Source: Nemertoderma westbladi (Eukaryota; Animalia; Xenacoelomorpha). From it: a stretch of DNA of 53,047 bases. Below the pieces are notes generated by a model. That model saw only the letters and a program-made list of their open reading frames with translations. It was not told the origin of the DNA and made no database searches. Location of the stretch: NCBI GenBank assembly GCA_032718475.1, contig JAUCBJ010000152.1:1-53047 (forward strand), in the 5' to 3' direction. Below, in pieces: positions 23,936 through 36,200 of the stretch. Both the position numbers and the translations under genes were made by a program. Position 1 is the first letter of the stretch, and every line of letters begins with the position of its first letter.

Positions 23936-24792
23936 TGTACAGTAGTACATACAGTAAGGTATAAGTATATACAGTAGAACAGTGACTGATGATATTTACA
24001 TAAACCAACAAACTATATGCAATATGCACTACCGTATGCAGTTTAGATCCTACTAAACATTTTGTAGGTTATTATTACACGGTCAGTTTATTATTGGTAT
24101 GTATACTTGTTACTATTTAGATTAGACATATTTAGTGTTTTGTTTTATGAATGTAAATTAAACTATAAATTTTTGCTGTTCCCATTTCACCCTCTTTGTT
24201 GTCGCAGAAAAATAACTATTTAGCGGAACCGAATCCTTTAATCTCATTTGGTAGTAAATGTGGTGTTGTTTTACATTTGAATAAATGTACAGTATGTATT
24301 TTATTTTTGGATACCATAAGTTTATTGATATGTTTATTCATTCTGTAGAGACTTATTTTGTTTCTGTTTATTTCATAGAAAACTCGCCAATTGGCTATTT
24401 TCCTTGCATTGGGCGCCAAGGGAGGTCTTGAAGGTCTGTTGTATATTATTAGCCTATTGGTTATTAACTTTTTTATTAAATAACATTTGCCTATTGGCGA
24501 TCATTTTGCATTGCATGTATTAATTGTTGTCTAATGACTGTCATATTCAGTAAATTTAATTGCCTATTGGCTAAGCTACTGTAGCTGAAATTAATATCTA
24601 CTTAGTACATATTGCAGTTGGTATTGTCAACTGGTAGTTGAGAATAGGAATTCACATTTCCTGTACATAAATGAATAAAGTTACCAAGTGCGTTGGATTT
24701 TAACTAATTCTATATTCATATATTTTGTAGGTATTTTTACATTATTATTGTGCTGTTTTTATTTAGATTCGGTTCTGCAAAATATTTTTATC

Positions 24793-24832
24793 AAACCACT
24801 CGGGACGAGTGGTTTCCTTTCGTGGGGGGGGA
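24793..24832 (+). promoter_or_regulatory. 10-bp hairpin followed by the polypurine tract
   Basis: AAACCACTCG-GGA-CGAGTGGTTT (24793-24815), then G8A (24824-24832) 2 nt before the 3' LTR. Confidence 0.8.
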
Positions 24833-24834
24833 TT

Positions 24835-25320
24835 TGTGGTGATCAGCAGCAAGGACATACAAAATATGAAACACAACAATATCAAATTACAAAAAACGTT
24901 ATAAATAATATAACGCCATCTAGGGAAGTTTACAGGAAACAACAAAATTGCGCTAGAATAATCCTGACCGCTGATTGGAGGATAACAAAGAGGGATAGAT
25001 AGGTAGGATAATACCGGTAAGTAGGTAATATATCAAGATATGGTCAGTACAATACAGTACCTACAGTAGTAGTTTAGATTCGTGTTTCTTTTTGGATGTC
25101 TGACATCTGACTGTCTGATGTATGTACAGATGTATTTTGATTTATCTGTTTTGATTAGATTTATCTGCATTATTATGTTCTGATGTTATGAACTAACAAA
25201 CTAATCGTTTTAGCCAGCCTGCCAGTTAACGGCAGATTTTCTTCAGGGAAACCAGAAAAACTAAGTGGTAGATTGCCACGGAACCCGGGTTCGACCTTAT
25301 CCTGTTATCCAGCTTTCACA
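24835..25320 (+). repeat. Gypsy 3' LTR
   Basis: Direct repeat of 17756-18241. Confidence 0.96.
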
Positions 25321-25499
25321 TTATTGCAGCATGATAAATGCTGAAAAGGGCTGTTGAAACTGCTAAAAGGCCTTCATACAGTATGGAAAATACTGAAAAG
25401 AGCTGATAAAACTGTTCAGAGTCAAGTGGCAAGAAAGTATCTTAAAATGCGCTATGTCCTCAGCAGCTCAGTGAATTTGCCATAGCGATTATGCAAAAA

Positions 25500-26556
25500 T
25501 TTGGGTCCGTCGAATTTGTACAAAAAAATACAAAATAGTACAATATAGTACAAAAGAATACAAAAGAGTACAATAAAGTGCAAAAATAGTACAAAAGAGT
25601 GCAAAAATAGTACAAAAGAGTACAGACGAGTGAGAAACGCTTGCAAAAGGTGTAGGCCTATCCATCCAAGCAGCCAAGTGTAGTCCAAATCGTTTATGAT
25701 GTGCAAAATAAAACAAAGCATTGTCTGATTGTGGGGCGAGCCATGCATTGAGCAGGGGCTGATCTAGCCGTCTAGCAGTCAGAGAGTATTACAATACAAT
25801 CTTATGTCAGTATGTGTTTTAATGCAGCTTTTTGTTTACAAAAAACACAAAAACGGTCCCAAGCCCGCAAAATTGCAGAGGGAGAACTCAATAAAGTTGC
25901 AGATAGAGGCATAGGCCTACATACAGACATACATAGCCCACATAACGTAGCATACAGTCTATCCTTCAGTACTGCAGTATATGGGCTACTTTAAGACTAT
26001 GACCTAAATTTTGAATCACAGTTACAGTATAGGAGTTTTATCTACCCACTGCATAATATGTATTGCATTACAGCATTATATTGTATTATACGAACTGTAG
26101 CCTATTTATACTTGTATGCCAGTCAAAATTTACATGAATCAAAGTTCTGTCAATCATTTCATACTGACCACAGAACCATGGCCGCTAGTGATTGACACTG
26201 TAGCGACGCATATTTCAGGTGCCGTTGCATTTGCTTACAATTAATTATATTTGTATACAAGTGTAGTGTAGTGTATACTTACTATACACAGCTACACTCT
26301 GACACTGGTATACACGTTTTGTATGCGTTTCCCACTGTCCCACTCGTTTGTACTCATTTGTACTATTTTTGCACTCTTTTGTACTATTTTTGCACTTTAT
26401 TGTACTCTTTTGTACTATATTGTACTATTTTGTATTTTTTTGTACTTTTTTGTACAGATTCGTCGGACCAAAAAAATTTCCCTACAGGGAAAAAAGTTTC
26501 CCTATCAGCCTATAGGGAAATTTTAAAATTTCCCTATTGGGCTAATTTCCCAGACT
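25500..26556. mobile_element. MITE-like element with inverted subterminal (A)nGTAC arrays; termini unresolved
   Basis: GGTCCGTCGAATTTGTACAAAAAA...AATAGTACAAAAG (~25505-25635) is mirrored at ~26340-26470. No clean TSD found. Confidence 0.55.
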
Positions 26557-26847
26557 GCATGATAAATGCTGAAAATATCATTTGAAGTTGTTCAGAGGAC
26601 TTCGTGCAATATGAGAATGCCGAAAATAGCTGTCGAATCTGTTCAGTTCAGAGGCCTTCGTGCAGCATGAGAAATGCTAAAAAGAGCTATTGAAACTGTT
26701 AAAAGCCCTCGTGCTCGTGCAGCATGATAAATACTGAAAAGAGCTCATAAAACTGTTCAGAATCCTTCATGCAGCATGGTGAATGCTGAAAAGAACAGTT
26801 GAAATTGTTCCAAAGGCCAACGGTTGACAACAACGGTCGATTTAGTT

Positions 26848-28359
26848 TAGGATGGCTAAAACGTCTGTCCTTTTCTGATCTGACGGTATCTGACACTTGT
26901 TCCACCTTGGTTCAGAGCCCACCTTGGTGTAGTGGTTATATTGAATTCAGATCTCCCGGAGGTTGTGGGTTCAATCCCGGCATGGGGGACAAGGTAGTTT
27001 TCGTTTCGGCACGAATGTTTTGAAGGGTTTAAAGAGGCATCTCTGCCTTGCATCCTTAAATGATAGCTAAATGTGTACTGGACTTTATGCCTATGTCAGC
27101 ATGTGAAGTTTCCCCGGTATTCCCCTTAAACCCGGGGGGGGGGGGGGGGGGGTCAATATAACACCTCCCCCTCTGAAACAACGATACTAACTAAAAGACT
27201 AACTGAAACGAACTAAAAGGAATTCAAATAAAATAAGCTAGAAATTTTAAACTTGTTTTTAGCGCCTGGTGCCAAATTTTGGTGCCGGCCCATGTGAAGA
27301 ATACCAGGATGTACCTTTTCAGTCGACTTTTATTGGAATTTTATATATGAAGATTTTAATTTTTTTTAATTTATCTTTATTAAGTGTATTATAGAGAGCT
27401 TATTTATGGCTTATAACCTGTACATACAGACATATACTAATTCGTTTATTGTTTTGGTTATATTCAGCCTTTCTGTAACCTGTGTTTTTTTGTGAAAACC
27501 TGGTATTCTTCACATGGGGGTAACTGCAAAATAAAATATAACGGCAGAAAGTCTGGTATTCTTCGCCCATGTGAAGAATACCAGAATACCTTACTAGTAC
27601 ATAATAGTACTTAACTAATTATGTTTATGCTAATTATTTCTCAGCCTATTATTGCCACATGGGTGGGTGGGTGGATGGTAATGTGGGAAGGTGCCCGCTG
27701 GTTGTTTATTGTTTTGGTTAGAAAAGTCAGCCGCGGTAACATTCTCCTTTCCCTCAATTGGTAGGTAACAAAACCGTTTATTGTTTTGGTTAGAAAACCT
27801 TGTCTCTATAACCTGCTCCTTTCCCTCAATTGGTAGGTAACAACGTCGTTTATTGTTTTGGTTAGAAATTACAGCCGCTGTAACCTGCTCTTTTCCTTCA
27901 ATTGGAAGGTAACAAGAACAACAGTGTTTATTAATTCCCACATTCAGATATTCCTTCATCGTCTGGGTATACTGTAAACACCACTGTATCAGCTGGCAAT
28001 ATGGGGCATGTTAAAAGTGTTTCTTCATATACACTACACACTAGGTCTACACAGTAGGCCTAGAGAGATACCCCTTCCTGCCTTTAGCGTAACAAACCTT
28101 CATCCTATATCGCATTTTTAATATATAATAACATGCCTTTGTGCATTTAGATGCATACTGGTATGCCTGTACTGCTACTTCATATGATGATACTGATATG
28201 TAACAGGGCAACGTGAAACGTGATCCCCTATTCAGCTATTGGCAATTTACCTAACAGACAGTTAGGTAAATATTATATTTCTTCCTCCTGATTGGTTATA
28301 GGATCAGATGCTGTTAGATCAGATCAGATCAGATAAGGACAGACGTTTTATTCTACCTC
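26848..28359. mobile_element. Non-autonomous DNA transposon with 9-bp TSD (Mutator-like)
   Basis: TSD GATTTAGTT at 26839-26847 and 28360-28368. Imperfect TIR core TAAAACGTCTGTCCTT(T/A)TCTGATCTGA. Internal degenerate repeats at ~27700-27915. Confidence 0.7.
26915..27240 (+). mobile_element. Probable tRNA-derived SINE
   Basis: A-box-like TGGTGTAGTGGTTA, B-box-like GGTTCAATCCC, no proper cloverleaf, A-rich repetitive tail. Ends approximate. Confidence 0.5.
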
Positions 28360-28745
28360 GATTTAGTTGTACTAGAGGCATGTTTTATGTTTTATGACTT
28401 TTAAGACCAGAAGACCAAATTATCAGTGTTATGAAGCTACTGTATTGTCAGTTAGGTACAATGGCCAAATCTGGCAATGACTGTGATTGCCATATTTGGC
28501 AACCAAGCAAAATCTGGCAACATTTCTGATTGCCTGATTTGGCAACTATATAAACCCGTTGTTGCCATATTTGGCAACTTAACTAACTCATTGAATATGG
28601 CATATATGGTTCTGCATCATCTGATCATTAAGTCCTTCTATCAGTCTATGATTGATGGTCATTCCTTAGATCCTGAAATAGGGGTAGGGCCATGGGCCAG
28701 GTTAACACGGGCCAGGTTAGGTTATACTTATAGTCTGCATGTTGA

Positions 28746-30690
28746 CAGTCGGTGAGAAGTCAAAAATTGGACTTGAGTCCAAAATTGGACTTCGACTCCA
28801 GTTCAAGTCCAAAATTGGACTTCTGTGAGTCCAATATTGGACTTCAAATCAGCCAATTGTTCCAGGGCCTTGGGTAATTGGATCGGGCGGGATTTTTTTT
28901 TCTTAAATCGAAAATATATCAAAAAATACGAGTTTTGAACAGGGGGACCTGAAATTCACCAGGGGGAACTTTTTTTATAAGGCTTTGAATTTTTACAAAA
29001 GTCCAATATTGGACTTTAAGTCCAATTTTGGACGTGACATTGAGAATCGAACTTAAAGGTACATGAAGCATGACAGATGAGAGACAGCCAGACAGCTGTT
29101 AAGTTATGGAAAGTTACCTTTGCAGCTCTGTATGTATCTGCAGTGTAATGACTGTACTGTACTTAGAATATAATGGTACATTCTAGCATTCTAGGTACTT
29201 TGTACTTTACCTTTAGCATATTGTTTAGTTTACAATTTACATTCATGTTACGGTATGTCTAACCTTACAGCCTTATGTACCCAGGACTTTATAGTGTCTT
29301 TAGGACTAGATTAGATTATGCTCCAACAAATATTTAATTACAAATTATAGTTGGTGGATACTGGTAGCAATGCCAGGTTAGCCAACTGCAGCTGCTGCTA
29401 AGGCTAACTACAGTACAAGCTACGATTTCGTCTAAGGCTATAGGACTGTAGGAGCCCTATCAGAAAGAAATACTACAAGTTGATGCTACCACCATCTCTT
29501 CTAATTTTTCCATACAACAGGTAGACAGTGAGGGTATTATAAAACGGCTGGATAACAGGATAATGAAATGGGATTAGTCACTGATTAACGTGTTGGGGTC
29601 TCCACATAATAAGTACAGAAGTAACAAGTAACACACGTCATAATCATAAACCAATTGAGGGAAAGGAACAGGTTACAGAGGCAGGCTTTTCTAACTAAAA
29701 CAATAAACGCCCACTTTTGACTTTACCAATTGAAGGAGCCCTATAACCTCACCACATACTACTACTACAATCTGACAATCAGCATGATTCATTGCAGCTG
29801 CATTATATATATAGGCCCTATAATGTATTAAGAATGCTGTGCCGGCTTGTTGACAAAAGTGCGCCTCCACAACTCCCTTACACTCTTAAAGCCTTATCAC
29901 CCATGACATTTGCTAGATCATCCGCATCTTCAAGGCCAGTGTCCTTTAAGACAGTAAGAAAGATGCGTCTCAAGAAAGTCATGGGCTGTCCACCATGCTT
30001 ATTCACTCCATGAGGTGCACTGGCTGGTCCTCACGGCTTAAAGCGATGTCCTGCAAAGCGGAGGCGGCTTTGTTCTAGTGTCAAGCTTGGGGGAACCAAT
30101 GACTGAATGAGACACCTCCAACTCCAATGTTATATAGTGTCTGGTTGGAGATGCAGAGATGTGTGCATTGTACTTGACACAGTCAACCTAATCAAAACAA
30201 TTAGTCAATAAACATTAACTCAATAACACAATAGGTTACAGTTTACAGTAGTCTTATTTTTGCCATACGAAAATACCACAGGTATGGCAGTATGGGTCTG
30301 TGGGTATGAATGAACTATACAGCTATAACTCAACTACGCTACCGCGGTATACACCGCTAAGGCAGTAAGGCTACCGCAAAGTGCAAAGCTATACCACTAC
30401 CGCAAAAAGTAACTACTGATGTCTGACTGTGTACGTGTGCGATCCCTGTTTATAACAGTATAATACATATAATAATTAATTTGATCATTAAAATAATGTT
30501 GCATTGTATAATTATGTAATATATATGTACTGATACGGGATGCCGTTTTGATTTAAATACCGATATACAGTATGGCAGTATGGGTACACTTGGAGTTGTA
30601 CTAAAGTCCAATATTGGACTTTGGAGTCCAAAATTGGACTTGAAGTCTAAAATTGGACTTGAAGTCCAATTTTTGACTTCTCACCGACTG
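28746..30690. mobile_element. Nested non-autonomous element with CAGT TIR and 5-bp TSD
   Basis: TIR CAGTCGGTGAGAAGTCAAAAATTGGACTT; TSD GTTGA at 28741-28745 and 30691-30695; many AGTCCAAWATTGGACT palindromes. Confidence 0.9.
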
Positions 30691-30695
30691 GTTGA

Positions 30696-31013
30696 GCAAA
30701 CTCTACATAAATTCCAACCTGGCTGGCAGGCAGCTGGTGCATGACCAATATTTATCGCACACATGGCACACCACCCAAATCTTCTGAATTTTTTTGTATC
30801 ACTGGCCCAACGTTTTTTACACTTGTAGCAGATATTCTCATCCTCATCTCTCTGATCAGTAGGAACATCAACACAAGGTGGGACAACAGCAACCTTGCGT
30901 TGAACTGCCTTTACTTTCTTCGTTGTAGAAGATGATAAAGTACGGCATTCCAGCTTCCCATCAGCAGTAATATCATATCTATGGTATGACCGCGTCCCTG
31001 CCTCCGGTTTCAA
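30696..31013 (-). pseudogene. Frameshifted transposase-like C-terminus with a PHD-like Cys cluster
   Basis: GTRSYH...LECRTLS, then CYKC...WVVC/MCDKYWSCTSC across frameshifts; finishes as VCSTCRL* on the far side of the 28746-30690 insertion. Confidence 0.5.
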
Positions 31014-31111
31014 GAAGTGGTGTCACGTGTGGCAGGGACTATTACAGTATTATATTTAAATTTCGTGCTCTTTTCACTTACCTATTTACGAAAATGCGAT
31101 TTTGCTTCTGG

Positions 31112-31628
31112 CAGTCGGGGAGAAGTTTAAATTTCAACTGAGTTGAAATTTAAAACTTTTTTTTTTAAAATTCAACTTTTAAGTTGTAAATTCAACTCTA
31201 AAATGGCAGGAGGCTCAGTAGGCCCCCAAGACGTGACAGAAAGGGTGTTTTTATTGTTTTTATGGATGTAACTCGAAAAATTAACCCTCATTACCAATGG
31301 AATAAAAACTTTCACCGTTGGGAACACTTTTTTTAAAACATTTTAAGTGATTACATTTGCAAATTAGCTGAAATACTACGGGAATTTATTAGATGTATTT
31401 AATTACTGCCGAATGTCATAATTATTACGGTATACAATGGAATACCAGTCTGCCAGTAATGGATTCCAATTCCATATTACAGTATTTCCAAAGCTACTCC
31501 AAAAGTTGAATTTAAAAAAAGTTGAATTTTAAACTCTATTCCAAAAGTTGAATTTTACTAAAAAGTTGAATTTTAAAAAATAAAGTTGAAATTTCAACTC
31601 AGTTGAAAATATAATTTCTCCCTGACTG
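31112..31628 (+). mobile_element. ~515-bp MITE with CAGT TIR and 5-bp TSD, copy 1
   Basis: CAGTCGGGGAGAAG...TTTCTCCCTGACTG; TSD TCTGG on both sides; AAAGTTGAATTT subrepeats. Confidence 0.9.
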
Positions 31629-31854
31629 TCTGGGTGTGCGAAAATTAGAAAAACCAAAAGTTGCCAGATTTGGCAATAAACATTGCCTTGCCATATGTGG
31701 CAACTTTTGAGGTTGCCAGATTTGGCCATTGTACCTAACTGATTGCAGTCGGGGAGAAGTTCTATTTTCAACTGAGTTGCAATTTCAACTTTATTTTTTA
31801 AAATTCAACTTTTTATTAAAATTCAACTTTTGGAGTAGGCCTAGCTATGGAAAT

Positions 31855-32688
31855 TAGGGCTCGATCGGAGCTCCAGCCTCCGGCTCCGGCTCCGGCCATT
31901 TTGGCACCTCCGGCTCCTGCTCCGGCTCCGGTAAAAATATTGCCGGAGTTAATTTTTTAATAAAGTATTATATTTCGTGCATATTCTAATCTGAACAATT
32001 ATTTAACACTATAAGTACTGTAGTACAGCTTCAATATCAAGTATAATCTGATAATACTGCAGTATTTACTTAAAGTCAATGACTGACTGACTGTACTGCA
32101 GTACTGGTACTGGCCAGCTGGCTGACTAGCAGACGGCAGACTATTACAGATAGGCCCTAACTTTAAAAAATTGTAAATGCTATGATTGTACACTGTCAGA
32201 CTGTACCACTGCAGCCATTTACTGCTGTCATGCCAGCATACTGTACTGCAGTACTGGTACACGTACGGTAGGCTACCTACAGTACAAGCAGACAAGTACA
32301 CACCTCTACCACAGTTAGACAGTTAGCGAGGTAGGTACTGTAGGTAATTTTTAGCCGTCAGCGTCAGGCCGTCGCCGTCAGCATCAGGCCGTCGCCGTCA
32401 GCATCAGGCCGTCGCCGTCAGCGTCAGGCCGTCTGTCCATGATAAATTAATTACTTAAATTTTAAATTGAAAATTCGTAAATCTATAAATTATGAAATTA
32501 ATTAGACCTACAGTATGATTGATTATGAGCGATTGGCGAACGATAACCATACTTTATTTTTTTTTAAATAAATAATTAAATTTTTAAAATTTTTGAAAAA
32601 CTCCGGCTCCTGCTCCGGCTCCGGCCAAATTGTCCAACTCCGGCTCCTGCTCCGGCTCCGGCCAAATCCCAACTCCGATCGAGCCCTA
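31855..32688. mobile_element. hAT-type MITE with 8-bp TSD
   Basis: TIR TAGGGCTCGATCGGAG / CTCCGATCGAGCCCTA; TSD ATGGAAAT at 31847-31854 and 32689-32696; (CTCCGG)n subterminal repeats; four internal 20-bp repeats at ~32355-32435. Confidence 0.9.
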
Positions 32689-32758
32689 ATGGAAATACTG
32701 AAATATGGAATTGGAATCCATTACTGGTATTCCATTGTATAATAATTATGGTATTCAG

Positions 32759-33269
32759 CAGTTGGGGAGAAGTTCAAATTTCAACTCAGTTGAAATTTAA
32801 AACTTTTTTTTTTAAATTCAACTTTTAAGTTGTAAATTCAACTCTAAAATGGCAGGAGGCACAGACAGACAGAAGGCCCCCAAGACGTGACAGAAGGGGT
32901 GTTTTTATTGTTTTTATGGATGTAACTCGAAAAATTAACCCTCATTACTGATGGAATAAAAACTTTCACCGTCGGGAACACTTTTTTTAAAAACATTTTA
33001 AGTCTCATTTGCAAATTAGCTGAAATACTATGGGAATTTATTAGATATATTTAATTACTGCTGAATGTCATAATTATTATACAATGGAATACCAGTAATG
33101 GATTCCAATTCCATATTTCAGTATTTCCAAAGCTACTCAAAAAGTTGAATTTAAAAAAAAAGTTGAATTTTAAACTCTATTCCAAAAGTTGAATTTTAAT
33201 AAAAAGTTGAACTTTAAAAAATAAAGTTGAAATTTCAACTCAGTTGAAAATAGAACTTCTCCCCGACTG
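32759..33269 (+). mobile_element. Same ~515-bp MITE, copy 3, inserted into copy 2
   Basis: CAGTTGGGGAGAAG...CTTCTCCCCGACTG; TSD TTCAG at 32754-32758 and 33270-33274. Confidence 0.9.
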
Positions 33270-34048
33270 TTCAGTGGTAATTTAATACATCCAATCTAAT
33301 CAAGGGTTAATTTTTCGAGTTACATCCATAAAAACAATGAAAACACCCCTTCTGTCAGCTGTCACGTCTTGCGGTCTTGGTAGCCTTCTGCGCCACCTGC
33401 CATTTTAGAGTTGAATTTACAACTTAAAAGTTGAATTTTAAAAAAAAATGTTTTAAATTACAACTCAGTTGAAATTTGAATTTCTCCCCGACTGCCCACT
33501 GGATTGTGTATGGCCTGTATTTCACAAGCCAAGACTTCAGGACTTCGGCCTAATCGCGATGCGATAGATTGGTTAGGCCTAAACCGATGAAATGCTTCGT
33601 TTATTCTGTTATTTACAGGAAGAAACAGTTTGGTGTTGGTGAATGCAAAACAAAGACCCAAGACCAAAGATCCAATTAAGTAGGCCTAACCTGCATAATC
33701 TTGTAAGATGTGTTAACTTTCATTTATTGTTTTGGTTCCCCGCCAACACGCCTCTGTAACCTGTTCCTTTCAGCCTTTAAATAGAAGTATCCTGCATAAT
33801 CTTGTAACATCTGTTAACTTTCGTTTATTGTTTTGGTTACCCCAAAACGCCTCTGTAACATGCACCTTAAACAACCACCACCTGCACCTAAAACGCCTAA
33901 TCTGTAAATGGCAATGCAGCAATCTGGCAATGTCTGAATGTTAACATTCGAGCTTAGTAATTTGGAGATCGAATATAACATAGTTATAGGATCCAATGTT
34001 ACATAATTGCGGTTACGTTCGATACGTAATAACTATCTGACTATGTTA

Positions 34049-34795
34049 GGGTAAGACGGGGTAAAATGGGACATGCATATTTTTGGCCAATTTTTTTTAA
34101 AGAACACTTTTAGGTCTGTTTTAATATATTTTTAATTGAGAAACTAAGTGTTACATTGTTATATATCTATATCACATATGATGAGATCAAGATCACATAT
34201 GATGAGATCAAGATCACGCGATGAAAGCAATTTGTTAAGCGCGGATACACTTTAAAGTTTGGACACTTCCTATCATTCATTTTCTTTGATATTATATGCA
34301 TTAGAATCGCAATCATCGATTTAGTGGTTCTAGAACAAGTCCAATTGTCCAAATTCCTGATCGTTTTTGAGTTACACAGATTTGTAGTTTTACCTTGATA
34401 GATGTAGATAGGTGTAACTCCGTAAATAATGCCTAGATGATTTTTCTCTGTGATTGTTGAGATTTATAGCTTTTATAGCTACTATTGCATTTAGTTATTA
34501 GGCCTAGCTCATACTGGTCTTAACTACTCATACTCATACTGCTATTCAACTCATCCTGTCATGTCCCACTTTACCCCGGATGTCCCACTTTACCCCACTC
34601 GGGGTAAAGTGGGACACTGCGATTTTTTTAAAAACAAACCACCTGAACCAAAGGCTCAGGGGGTTATTTTGGTACAATCTGATAGCCCAGAGTTCAAATG
34701 TACAGAATATGCTTTGATTATATCCATACAGGAAAATCCCTCTTGCTTATAGAACCAAACATACCAAACTTGTCCCATTTTACCCCGTCTTACCC
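34049..34795. mobile_element. MITE with TA TSD (Tc1/mariner-pogo type)
   Basis: TA|GGGTAAGACGGGGTAAAATGGGACA ... TGTCCCATTTTACCCCGTCTTACCC|TA; internal TIR-like copies at ~34560-34615. Confidence 0.85.
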
Positions 34796-35519
34796 TACAT
34801 TCTGACATTCGATCCTGATTACGTTCGTTCCGGCTGTCCAGTTCCAGTAGCCTATCCAGATTGTTCAAATGTCTAAATTTCGCTCACATTGAGTTTTTCT
34901 CGCGTTTCTTTTTCACTTTGCATTGTTAATGAAAACATATTAGGCCTACTCGCGTTGTTTTTCGTTTTTTTTTTGTTAAAATTTTCGGGGCATGTGCGGT
35001 GTAGCTATTGTCCAATATCGCGACGCTGAAAAATTGTGCAGTTGCAAGTTGTGTGCAGGCAGCCAGGTGTTGTGCGCGGTTCAGTTAGTCAGTGGTGGTT
35101 TGCTGGTTTGCAGCCTGGGGTACCCGGTACCGGTACTCTACTCCTGCCTGCCAGACTGCACTGCTGTACCGGTACCTGTCTGCCTGTACGCTGTACCGGA
35201 CCGGACCGGTACTGCTGTATCTGTGTATACCTGTCACCTGTATAGCTGTAGGCCTATAGTATAGTAGTATAGTACTGTCAGACTGTAGTCTGTAGTGCAG
35301 TTTACTTATCAGCCTGTATAGTGGTACAGCCGTAAATCACCAGTCAGCCGGTACCAGACTGTCAGAACATATAACCCTGTCTGCCTGTATATAAATATAG
35401 CAGTACTGGTATGGCAGTATACAGGTATAGGCTACAGTCTGACAGTATAAATACTGAAATAGGCCTTCGGAAATACTCAGTAGCCGATTCTGGTCTGTTG
35501 GAATTGGAGTGGAATTGTT

Positions 35520-36200
35520 TAATTTACATCAAAATATAGGAAGAAAGTGAAACTAAGTAAAAACGAACATTAACATTACCGGTAAACCGGTATAGATAAA
35601 ACCAATATAGTCATAGCTGCATAAGGCTGTAAGGATATAGATTGGGCTAATTATACTAAGACGGTGAAAAAATAAGATACCGGTACAAACTTGGAATACA
35701 CAGAAGTGCAATAATGGCAAATACGGAATACACAAATAAAATATATAGTCACATGTAGCCATGTAGGTAGCATTTGTAGAGCAGTAGAGGGCATTATTTA
35801 GGATGAACTATGTAAATATTTATCTCGAATATGGTGTAGTTAGTTACGTGTACCAGTAGATCAAAATATAGGGGAAAGTGAAACTAAAACAAGAGCGAAT
35901 ATTTACCGGAATAGATAAAACCAGTATAGTCGTAGCGGCATAGGAATATAAATCGAGCTACTGTAATTGTACTAAAACGGTAAAAAAGTAAGATATATGC
36001 ACTTGCAGTACACAGAAATATAATATGACAAATACAGAGTACGCAAGTAAGTAAGTAAGTATGTATTATCACAGGTAGAATCATAGGCATAGGCATGGTT
36101 ACTTTATAATATAGTGGACGATATATTAGAAATGAGCAAATGTGAAATATGATGAGTGCTGTAAATATTAATCTACAATATGGAGTAGTAAATTGCATGT
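35520..36200. repeat. Diverged ~340-bp tandem duplication, possibly LINE 3'-UTR derived
   Basis: ATCAAAATATAGG..AAAGTGAAACTAA, TTACCGG..ATAGATAAAACCA.TATAGTC and AATATGG.GTAGT each occur twice in register. Confidence 0.55.

Larger units (their letters stand above)
17756..25320 (+). mobile_element. Full-length Ty3/Gypsy LTR retrotransposon
   Basis: Two 486-bp TG...CA LTRs; TTAT TSD at 17752-17755 and 25321-25324; PBS; PPT; domain order gag-PR-RT-RH-IN. Confidence 0.97.
17680..26815 (+). repeat. Degenerate ~51-52-bp tandem array, now split into pieces at ~17680-17755, ~25325-25420 and ~26557-26815
   Basis: Consensus close to GTTCAGAGGCCTTCGTGCAGCATGAGAAATGCTAAAAAGAGCTATTGAAACT. Removing the Gypsy restores gaggcc-ttat-tgcagcatgataaatgctg. 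Confidence 0.75.
28449..31741 (-). mobile_element. Deleted DNA transposon with CAGT TIR and 5-bp TSD, carrying a transposase C-terminal relic
   Basis: TIR CAGTTAGGTACAATGGCCAAATCTGGCAA at both ends and subterminal TTGCCA/TGGCAA repeats. TSD ATTGT at 28444-28448; the right copy is restored once the 31746 insertion is removed. Confidence 0.8.
31746..33494 (-). mobile_element. Same MITE, copy 2 (inverted), interrupted by two further insertions
   Basis: CAGTCGGGGAGAAG...TTCTCCCCGACTG; GATTG at 31741-31745 and 33502-33506, with 7 extra nt (CCCACTG) on the right. Confidence 0.8.

Noticed and set aside
28449-31741. ProtoRAG/RAG2-like transposon (5-bp TSD plus PHD-like finger)
   Set aside because: TIRs begin CAGT rather than an RSS-like CAC heptamer, and no RAG1 core or kelch repeats are visible.
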